Source: a virus. Taken from it: 64,000 nucleotides of DNA. Location of the stretch: the IMG/VR virus record IMGVR_UViG_3300028844_006278. The stretch is one strand, 5' to 3'. This document shows positions 55,701-62,634 of this stretch, one piece after another (the stretch's first letter is position 1; every line of letters begins with the position of its first letter). The notes under the pieces were generated by a model. That model saw nothing but the letters and a program-made list of their open reading frames with translations, was not told where the DNA came from and made no database searches. Position numbers and translations under genes: made by a program.

Positions 55701-57168
55701 GCCATGTCAGGTTCTTTCTAGCGGCCTCTCGGATCCCTACCCACTTCTCCTTACCTGTACGGGCATCTATGAATTTAGAGTACAGCTGACGGTCGGGGCC
55801 TCTACGTACGTTGCGCGACATCTTCATATCTACGCCGATCTTTAAGCTTTCCGGAGCACGAACTGGATCAATGTAATTCAGGTACGTGGGCTGTACGCCT
55901 CGGGCCTCTTTAGGGACAACATCTACGCTAGTCATCGCGCCCTCGCCTAGGCGTAAGATCCGCTGGTTCTGGTCGTACATGTCTAGCGGATTGATCTCTT
56001 CGATGGGCTGAGCCATCCCTGAGCTGACAAACAGATGCTGTACGTGTTTATCGAGAGGGGCGGTAGGTACTGCAGATATGTCTCCGTTCTTCTTTGAGAC
56101 TTTCCATAGGATCTGTCGCAGCACTCCGTTCTGGTCGTTGGCTACCTTGTCACTAAGGAAGTCCGATATATCCCAGACGTCCTGGAACTCTAACGAATCC
56201 CTACTGTCGGAGTCTTCGTCTCCTTTGGCAACCCGCAGGATCTTCCCGGTAGCCGACATAATAGCCTCTGGAGAAGCGTTGGTGTGATCCTCTCCGAGAG
56301 TAACCCTAGTGACCCGGGGGTTGAGTCCGATTTTACCGAACTCTTCAGTAAGTCCTTCCCGGACCGTGTCGTTGTATAGGGAGGACACTGTCGACCCTGT
56401 CTTCTGCTGTAAGAGCTGTGCAACTACAGGCCCTGCCTTGGCGTCCAGTGCTATGGGCGCTGCCGGTGCATCTGGCTCTGGGGCAACTGCGAATCCTTTT
56501 AGGAAGTTGACTGCGTAGGGAGACTTCTCTAAGGTCCTGTTCTTCTCCGCGATGTCTTTTCCCCACTGCGCCTCGATATCTTCGTGCTGCTTACCCATGG
56601 CCCGGAGGATAGGATATAGCGGAAGCTTACGGTTCTTATACTTCATGTAGAAGAAAGACGTCGACGGCTCCATGTATATACGGAAAGAGGGCCCGGACCG
56701 TGGAATAGCGTTGAACTGGGCCTCTATGTTCGAGTCATCCGTTACGCGCGTGTATATTCCTGAGTTGAGACGAAGCTGCTTCGCTACAGTGTATTCCGTG
56801 CCGTTACGTACGTACGTGCCTCTGTCTGTAAGGTACGGCACGTTTATGATAGTCTTCCGGCCAGTTCTGCCTAGCGACTTGCCTGTCTCCTTATCGATAA
56901 CCTCCCACCGACCTGTCACCTTATCGCTAAGTGTCCGGCCCTCTAGGATCGCGTCCTTCTGCTGGGACAGCGAGTATCTACCTTTAGGCTTAGCGTACGC
57001 GACGTCTGTGGCCTTTAGCATGTATCTGTCGTTTTCGGAAAACGCTGATTGCTCTACTGAAGACAGGACCTTCTTTCGAAGATCGGTTCGTACTGAATCG
57101 TAGTCCGTATAATTTAGGAGACCGGTACCATCTGAGAAGTCCGGAGCAGGAGAAGGCATCTCAGGCAT
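52720..57168 (-). CDS. rpoBC: RNA polymerase beta subunit fused to the N-terminal half of beta'
   Basis: Beta: GTYVRNGTEY, DPVRAPES, FEDAIVISE, GDKLAMRHGGKGVIS, SPLGVVSR. Beta': GGLFD, VPVLPPRFRP, LNRAPTLH, AMDYDGD. Confidence 0.96.
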   Translation of the reverse strand: MPEMPSPAPDFSDGTGLLNYTDYDSVRTDLRKKVLSSVEQSAFSENDRYMLKATDVAYAKPKGRYSLSQQKDAILEGRTLSDKVTGRWEVIDKETGKSLGRTGRKTIINVPYLTDRGTYVRNGTEYTVAKQLRLNSGIYTRVTDDSNIEAQFNAIPRSGPSFRIYMEPSTSFFYMKYKNRKLPLYPILRAMGKQHEDIEAQWGKDIAEKNRTLEKSPYAVNFLKGFAVAPEPDAPAAPIALDAKAGPVVAQLLQQKTGSTVSSLYNDTVREGLTEEFGKIGLNPRVTRVTLGEDHTNASPEAIMSATGKILRVAKGDEDSDSRDSLEFQDVWDISDFLSDKVANDQNGVLRQILWKVSKKNGDISAVPTAPLDKHVQHLFVSSGMAQPIEEINPLDMYDQNQRILRLGEGAMTSVDVVPKEARGVQPTYLNYIDPVRAPESLKIGVDMKMSRNVRRGPDRQLYSKFIDARTGKEKWVGIREAARKNLTWPGFQKNTDPYVIAMVPNKGMAWVKREDIDYVVPNNDDMFSDGANLVPLKSGDKGMRLLMGSKFGPQALPLVSREAPLVRTTDPGSGTSMERRIGGHLGAVRASRDATVKAVRKNRVDLTYADGSEGSVDLYENFPYARSTYIRNKALVKAGDKVKKGDMLAASNFTSDKGVAALGTNLRVAYWNYDGLVFEDAIVISETAAKKLTSEHMYHAKFKKEKDLSVSKDKFRANFPAAFNKEQLAKIDETTGMIKPGSVVRYGDPLALAMSEQDPHAGGSLGRRMRSNKAVLWEKRHPGVVTDATEGKEQYYINVRTNIPMGVGDKLAMRHGGKGVISKVIKDSEMPTDPKGRKMDVILSPLGVVSRTNPAQKLEAQLGKIAEKTGKPYVLPGFSDEDMIEFTHSELQKNRLSDREDLVDPRTGKKIPQIFTGVTYFYKMQHTSEGKGKSRSQAKYTAEDQPAKGGKTGAKHLGKMYQEALLAHGATEVLKDMKLIKGQKNDMFWRQLKLGQTPTMPKTPLVYEKFKDLLRAGGVHLSEGAFSDDIFSMTNQQAKDLTGNRKISTGDTYTAKGLKPIPGGLFDPDATGSSANGDRWAYIDLPTAMPNPIMVDPIRRILGLKRTEMEDLVASGEDALADKLGRIDVKAEKAKALHEIKHGIRSKRDDAVKKFRFLHAFETNKVKPSDFMMTRVPVLPPRFRPISAQGGMTMVADPNYLYKSLVESISDYNETEGLPADMRNDARRDLWDSYKALIGVSDPKKDQLVQKNVKGILSHIFGKGSPKTGFIQRRVLGTNIDMSGLGVVAPNPSLLLNQAGIPEKLAWNLYEPFVIRDLVRQGVPATEAATAVKDHSPLAYKSLQSVITKRPVILNRAPTLHKYSVMGFWPVLVKGSTVQVPPAIVGPFAMDYDGDTASFTVPVSDEAVSQVVDRMMPDRNLISARSGQASYKLSNEYLQGLYLATKAPADKTAAVFNTVADARKAYRSGKIAIDDPITILE

Positions 57169-57175
57169 GAGTTAT

Positions 57176-58261
57176 CTACGCTCCCATTAACTCTGAGTAC
57201 AAATCCTGCGATGCGGTGTCGCCTAGTTCGGAGGGAATTAGAGACTGTCCTTTATCCGCGGCCGCGATGGCGGCCCGTCCTGTCGGTATTGCCGTATGTA
57301 TGCTCTCCTTCTTTACTGCTCCTGCCTCGGATGAGGAGGGGACCTCGGGAAGATCTGACGCGTCCAGGATGACGGGAGCGCCTGTCTGCTTCTGCCGAGA
57401 GCTCATGAGCTTTTTCAGATCCTTCATACGTCCTCGAGCGGGATCTTGCTTGTCGGAGTAGGTCTTCATAGCCTTATAAGAGAACGCAAATGCGAACGTA
57501 GCCCACAGCCACCAGAAATTAGCTACCGCTTGTGGGTACCGGGTCGGGGATGTTAGTGTATCGCCTATAGACGGGTTCTGTTTTTCTATATCCGCTGCGT
57601 GGATAGTGTCTGCTGCCTTCTTCTGGCTGCCCATTCCCTTTACGCGCTCGTACTCTTCGTGGATCATCTTATCGACTTTGTTTTTAGTACTGGCGATGCT
57701 TGTGTCTAGCTGCTCTCGACGCTGGGCGTCCTCAGCATAGTCCGCAAGGCGCCATCCGCCCGCAGTCGCTGCAAATACGGCAGCCGTGGCTAGGGCCAGA
57801 TGAGCCGGATCGTGCTTACCGGAGGATATGTCGTCCAGGAATCGGCCTGTTGTACCTGCTACGCCTTGTAAGAGTCCACTAGCCTCCTTCTGCCCTTCGC
57901 CTAAGAGGCGGTCCTCTAAGGCCTCCTCCTCTTCCAGATCAGCAGCGTCGGGGTCGATAGTAAATGTTGGATACTTGCCTGAAGAGTAGGCCTTAGCGTC
58001 TGCTCTCCTTCTCTGCAGCTCCTGGTTGATTCCGAGCTCTTCAGCCTCTTTTAGCTTGTGTAGCTTGCGAAGTACGAACGCGAGTCCGCCGTAGCCTATG
58101 CCTAGGCCTCCTGCATGCAGGAGGGCCTTCTTTGTCGGACTCGCGTCCGGGGAGACTATAGTCCGATCGAAGGCGACGGGATTGAAAAAAGTATTGAGGA
58201 CGCGGGCCATGTCGTCCTTGGCCGCCTTCTTTTGCGTATCGGTATTAGAGTCTGTAGGCAT
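57176..58261 (-). CDS. Membrane protein with three hydrophobic segments and K-x-A motifs
   Basis: QKKAA, QKEAS and QKKAA each precede a hydrophobic helix module. Confidence 0.75.
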   Translation of the reverse strand: MPTDSNTDTQKKAAKDDMARVLNTFFNPVAFDRTIVSPDASPTKKALLHAGGLGIGYGGLAFVLRKLHKLKEAEELGINQELQRRRADAKAYSSGKYPTFTIDPDAADLEEEEALEDRLLGEGQKEASGLLQGVAGTTGRFLDDISSGKHDPAHLALATAAVFAATAGGWRLADYAEDAQRREQLDTSIASTKNKVDKMIHEEYERVKGMGSQKKAADTIHAADIEKQNPSIGDTLTSPTRYPQAVANFWWLWATFAFAFSYKAMKTYSDKQDPARGRMKDLKKLMSSRQKQTGAPVILDASDLPEVPSSSEAGAVKKESIHTAIPTGRAAIAAADKGQSLIPSELGDTASQDLYSELMGA

Positions 58262-58330
58262 TCTATGGGCTCTCGGTATCGTATATGAATGTTGAAAGGA
58301 GTTCGGGGCTGCACTGCCCTATGTCTAACA

Positions 58331-58346
58331 TAGAACACGTATGCTA
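58331..58346. promoter_or_regulatory. Palindromic motif copy TAGAACACGTATGCTA (14/16)
   Basis: In the ~105-nt intergenic gap upstream of 57176..58261 and the RNAP gene. Confidence 0.6.
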
Positions 58347-58365
58347 AATTGTAACCGATGTATGT

Positions 58366-58926
58366 CTACGTCGTATCGGGGCTATCGTCGTCCGGAATCT
58401 GCTGGAGGGCCTGCATCAGACCGTCCATAGCGTCCTGGGCTGTATGGTATCGGCTACCGCTATCGTCCAGCTCCGGGGGAGAGAATTTATCCGAGGGGGT
58501 CCGGGTATCTGTCTCGGGCATTACTTTCTTCTTAGGCTCTTTTGCGGTACCGGCCGTGGCGTTCTCTACTGCCTTAGGCGGGGCGAAGTAGTGCTCCATC
58601 CATCGCATAAGTACGCGCCAGCTTTTGATGTCGTTGTCGTACACCTTCTCCTCGAACGAGATGGTGGCCAGGCTGTCGCAGACTTTCTGTCCTACAGCCC
58701 GGTACTGCTTCATGTCTTCCTCATTACTGAGGTCGAACTGTGCGCAGCAGGCGTTGCTCTTTAGCTGAGGCTTTAGATCGTCAGCATCGTCTTCCTTAAA
58801 TGGGTGCGGTTGACCTATGTATGGCAGCCCGCCGTACTCGTATCCCTTTCCATAGTCCCGCAAAGCCCCGTAGGACTTTAGTGGGGACATAGCGCTGAAG
58901 GGATTAAATGCGGAGCGCTCGTGCAT
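58366..58926 (-). CDS. Hypothetical protein
   Basis: 186 aa; FDLSNEEDMKQY...WRVLMRWME. Confidence 0.7.
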   Translation of the reverse strand: MHERSAFNPFSAMSPLKSYGALRDYGKGYEYGGLPYIGQPHPFKEDDADDLKPQLKSNACCAQFDLSNEEDMKQYRAVGQKVCDSLATISFEEKVYDNDIKSWRVLMRWMEHYFAPPKAVENATAGTAKEPKKKVMPETDTRTPSDKFSPPELDDSGSRYHTAQDAMDGLMQALQQIPDDDSPDTT

Positions 58927-59269
58927 TGCTGCCTCCTTTCTTGGTCTCTTCGTCTATCTCTGCCTGTACCTTACGGCGAGCCACGTCCGTCTCCAGCTTA
59001 CGGAGATCGGAAAGCTCGATGGCTTTCTGGACTGTCTTGAAGTCCAGCTTTGACGGGGAGGTTATTCTAGAATGTATGTGGCCTCCGAAGCCGCCTGCAA
59101 TTGCCGGGAGGACCAGCATATAGGGTAGGAGCTCTCCGGCAGAGGTTATCCCGAGTTCCAGTGCGTTGCCTACGACGTCTGCGAGTCCTGCTTTCTTCTC
59201 TATAGGGCTAGTCTGCGGCTCTATGTTGGCGTAGCCTCCGGAGAAGCCTAAGTATGTATCTGCGTTCAT
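58904..59269 (-). CDS. Small membrane protein with leader motif
   Basis: YLGFSGGY...EKKAG; LLPYMLVLPAIAGGFGG. Confidence 0.7.
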   Translation of the reverse strand: MNADTYLGFSGGYANIEPQTSPIEKKAGLADVVGNALELGITSAGELLPYMLVLPAIAGGFGGHIHSRITSPSKLDFKTVQKAIELSDLRKLETDVARRKVQAEIDEETKKGGSNARALRI

Positions 59270-59700
59270 TATTCCCCAAACTCCGTAAATATTCCTGTAC
59301 TGATAAGTGCGCCGGCTATCGCTCCTGCTGCGCTTAAGCGCTTAGAAACTATAGTCGGTAATGAAAATAGTGAGGATGCGGCACGGCCGAAAAGATACCC
59401 TGCTCCTCCGCCAGCGCCAGCTGTGACCGCGCTTTGCATTAAGGATCCCCCGCTTGTAAAGCCGAACTTCTTCTTCTCAGCTTTCTCGAATATCGCAGAA
59501 GCTATATCCTTCTGGGTGATGGATAGGTATGGATCTCCTTTGATGATCTGTAGGCTCTCTGAGATCGGAACGCTCTTAGATTTAAGAGATATGTCCTCGT
59601 TCATCATGTACGAGGCATCCTTCTCCAGCAAGTGCATCCACGCCAGATCCCCGGCAGATGCGTATCCCTTCTTATATCCCGCAGACTTGCTCATCGTCAT
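59269..59700 (-). CDS. Small Gly-zipper protein with leader motif
   Basis: KSAGYKKGY...EKDAS; AGAGGGAGYLFG; AAGAIAGALI. Confidence 0.7.
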   Translation of the reverse strand: MTMSKSAGYKKGYASAGDLAWMHLLEKDASYMMNEDISLKSKSVPISESLQIIKGDPYLSITQKDIASAIFEKAEKKKFGFTSGGSLMQSAVTAGAGGGAGYLFGRAASSLFSLPTIVSKRLSAAGAIAGALISTGIFTEFGE

Positions 59701-60191
59701 CGCCTCATATCTTGGTAGGTTCGGCTGACGTCGTAAGCGACAGGAGCGTTTGCTGCTGTTCGTTTGTGGGCGTTCCGCTTCCTATCAAAGACTTCTTTGT
59801 ACTTCGTCTTATAGGACGGGTCTACCAAGCTCTGCAGGGCTCGACCTGTGCCGGCGGATGTATCGATGTGTTTGAGTATCGGATACGCCGCTCCTGCTGC
59901 ACCGCCGAGAGTAGCGGATATGCGGCTAATCGTCTGCACTGTGCCGTCTTCTTCTAGCTTACGTAGGGCTTCGGCCCTCTTATCCGGAGGTACTCGGATG
60001 AGTAGCGTTTTAACTAGTCCGTCCGTAAGCTTCTTTGCAGCGAAGTGTCCGCCAACTGCTCCGAGCGATCCCAGGATGGCCGATTCTGCCCAAGGTGCCT
60101 TGTCCGTAAAAGACTTATATCCTCGCATCGCGCCCTGGGCTGCCGATGACGCTGTGTCTATCCAGTTGGTTTTTGCAGGTGTTGTACTCAT
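59697..60191 (-). CDS. Small Gly-zipper protein
   Basis: AILGSLGAVGG; LGGAAGAAY. Confidence 0.7.
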   Translation of the reverse strand: MSTTPAKTNWIDTASSAAQGAMRGYKSFTDKAPWAESAILGSLGAVGGHFAAKKLTDGLVKTLLIRVPPDKRAEALRKLEEDGTVQTISRISATLGGAAGAAYPILKHIDTSAGTGRALQSLVDPSYKTKYKEVFDRKRNAHKRTAANAPVAYDVSRTYQDMRR

Positions 60192-60214
60192 AGTGATTCT
60201 CTCCTACAAAGTAG

Positions 60215-61114
60215 TTACGTAAGTCTAGTCGGATTCAGATTCTGCCCCAGCTGTCGGTACATGGACTCCGATAGGTAGCTGGAAGGCTGTCTAGGCGTCA
60301 CCGCTTTAGGCGCCTGCTGAGGTGCTGCAGATTTAGTCTTAGACATCAGCAGCATCGCCAATGGAGTCAGTGCCGCGGCACCTGCTACCCATGGAGCGGC
60401 CTTCTGCACAGTTCCCGATACTTTAGATCGGACGTGCTGTAGGAGCTCCTTCTTCGCCCCCTCTCGGTAAGGAGAATGTTTGACATAGGTAGCAAGATGG
60501 TGCATCTTGTCGTAGTCTTTCGCCTTCCGCGCGTCGGCGAAAGCTGTCCTAAAGGCTGTCTCCTTAGCACCCTCCCCTATGGGCAGCCTATTGCCCAAGT
60601 ACGCGGCTAATTGGCCAACCTCGTCTTGCTTGGCATGCGGGTATCTAGGTTGGATGTAGTTTTTGAATACGTGCTTGGCGTCCGCAGCATTGGGATTATA
60701 TCTAATGTATTTTCCTCCTCCTGCCTCGCTATTATAGATTCTAGCCGGAGGAACGGCGTATCTGCCTCCACTATTACCTACGGGCCCGTACGGGGAATAC
60801 CTGTAGGTCGGAGTAGTGGCAGGGCGATCCTTTACCGTAGGGGCCGTAGCGTATTCCAACATAGATGAAATAGATGGCCGGCCTTTTTCTTGGAGGAGGC
60901 CCGGGGGTGGTCCCGTGGGGCTCTGAAAGATAGGAGCCATTGCCTTGACCTCCGGAGAGAACTTGGGGGCGAACTTCTCTATGTTCTCGTCCGTTAGCAC
61001 CTCATTGTTGAACCCGCTTACTATACTCCCCATTATACCTTCCCCCGCTTCCTTAGAAAAAGAAGCAGAGTATCCGGCTCTAACAGCTATATTGTAGTTG
61101 TGTCTATCTGTCAC
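60215..61114 (-). CDS. Hypothetical protein with leader motif and C-terminal hydrophobic helix
   Basis: GTG start; AVRAGYSASFSKEAG; PWVAGAAALTPLAMLLM. Confidence 0.7.
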   Translation of the reverse strand: MTDRHNYNIAVRAGYSASFSKEAGEGIMGSIVSGFNNEVLTDENIEKFAPKFSPEVKAMAPIFQSPTGPPPGLLQEKGRPSISSMLEYATAPTVKDRPATTPTYRYSPYGPVGNSGGRYAVPPARIYNSEAGGGKYIRYNPNAADAKHVFKNYIQPRYPHAKQDEVGQLAAYLGNRLPIGEGAKETAFRTAFADARKAKDYDKMHHLATYVKHSPYREGAKKELLQHVRSKVSGTVQKAAPWVAGAAALTPLAMLLMSKTKSAAPQQAPKAVTPRQPSSYLSESMYRQLGQNLNPTRLT

Positions 61115-61152
61115 GAATATCCTATCTGGGTTAGGGGAGAGTAATTTTTTTT

Positions 61153-62634
61153 TTACTCCCCTACAATGCTTGAGAGGAAGCCCTTGGCCATGTTACTGAG
61201 TTGTCTAGATTTGCTGTCTTGCTGTTTCTGTATCTCTTCCATTTTTTTGCGGCGGGCGGTGTTTAGCTCGTTTTTTGGCGCGTTCGCGTTGTACTCCTCT
61301 TTATCCTTAGCTGTAGGAGTTGGGTGCATTACTTTAGGCGAGGGAGGGGCGTTATACTCCTGTTTGGCCTGACTGACCATAGCTCTGGCCGCCGCGACTG
61401 GGTTGTAACTACTGGCGTTGTACCCGGCGTCTAGTATCCTGTATAGTGCGGAGGACTGGTTAGGAGCCGGAGTAGGAGCCGGAGTAGTAGCGGGAGGCGC
61501 TGCCGGATGCGGCGGTGCTGGAGCCGGAGGGGCTGGCGCGGGAGTGGTAGCTGGAGGGGCTGGAGCCGGAGGGGCTGGCGCGGGAGTGGTAGCTGGAGGG
61601 GCTGGTGCAGGAGCTGGCTCTGGTGCGGGGGGAGGCGTTGGAGCCGGGGGCTCTGGTGCAGGAGGAGCAGCGGGAGCAGCAGCAGCGGGAGCAGCAGCAG
61701 GAGTATGAACAGGGACCATGTTTTTGTACCTGTTCTCTAAGTCCGTTAGCCTATCCTGGGCTTTAGCAATCTGCGCACCGTAGTCCGTGCCGGATGATTC
61801 GAGCAGTCCGGCGGGCAGGGCTGTTCCGGCTTCTCTGAGACTATCTAGTGATTTTAGGTGACCGATATTCGCCTGTTCTTTTGCTACAGCTGCACGGTTA
61901 CGGGCGATATTATCTACATTCGCGGTGCTTAGCCCGGGGGCAGTTATATTGAGGAGTTCTTTCTGCTCCGCCAAGGTTCTTTTGAATACATCCTTAGTGT
62001 AGGCGGTATGCGCAGCCGGTAACTGATTCTTCATAAGATCAGTCTTCTGCTCACTGGACAAGGCGGATTGATTATTAGCTAGCTCTAGGGCTGTACTGTA
62101 CACGGCGGCCGGGGCTGTACTGATTGCCGCTATAGCCTCCGCATTCTTGTCCGGATCCTTCGCGAGAGCTTCTCGTACCTTGTCTAGATTGCGAGTAGCG
62201 ATCGAGTCCTGTACGAACTTAACAGCTTCCGTTTTACCTACGCCGAAGAAGTCCATAACCGCGAAGGCAAGTGTACCGATAAGTGTGCCGGCCAGTGCGC
62301 CTTTACCGCCTCCTAAGAGACCTCCGATGACTCCTCCGACGCCGGCTCCGCCCAGGGCCCATCCTATCTTCTGCGCAGTCTTATCTGACGATACCTGATA
62401 CATGGTGTCGGACATGATAAGCGAGCTCGCCCATTGCCGAATCTGAGACAGCTTTTCCGGAGTATTATAGCCTGCTTTGTATGCCGCTCGGGTGAATTCG
62501 TCTCCCTCGACTTGAGGCACCATGTCTGCAGGTACCGGTGCTGGAGGCGGCGGGACCGCCCCTGTATTTGCCCATTTCTGGAAGAATTCCTCGGCCTCCT
62601 CGGCCGATAGTCTAGTATGAGGTAATTTGATCAT
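61153..62634 (-). CDS. Gly-zipper protein with Pro/Ala-rich linker
   Basis: KTAQ then GWALGGAGVGGVIGGLLGGGKGALAGTLIG; PAPPATTPAP repeats. Confidence 0.75.
   Translation of the reverse strand: MIKLPHTRLSAEEAEEFFQKWANTGAVPPPPAPVPADMVPQVEGDEFTRAAYKAGYNTPEKLSQIRQWASSLIMSDTMYQVSSDKTAQKIGWALGGAGVGGVIGGLLGGGKGALAGTLIGTLAFAVMDFFGVGKTEAVKFVQDSIATRNLDKVREALAKDPDKNAEAIAAISTAPAAVYSTALELANNQSALSSEQKTDLMKNQLPAAHTAYTKDVFKRTLAEQKELLNITAPGLSTANVDNIARNRAAVAKEQANIGHLKSLDSLREAGTALPAGLLESSGTDYGAQIAKAQDRLTDLENRYKNMVPVHTPAAAPAAAAPAAPPAPEPPAPTPPPAPEPAPAPAPPATTPAPAPPAPAPPATTPAPAPPAPAPPHPAAPPATTPAPTPAPNQSSALYRILDAGYNASSYNPVAAARAMVSQAKQEYNAPPSPKVMHPTPTAKDKEEYNANAPKNELNTARRKKMEEIQKQQDSKSRQLSNMAKGFLSSIVGE
61517..61605. 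repeat. Exact 42-bp tandem duplication in a Pro/Ala linker
   Basis: gctggagccggaggggctggcgcgggagtggtagctggaggg x2 plus a partial copy. Confidence 0.85.

Noticed and set aside
47269-57168. Host rpoBC locus or chimeric assembly
   Set aside because: No ribosomal-protein context, divergent and streamlined sequence, and genes tightly coupled to phage neighbours.
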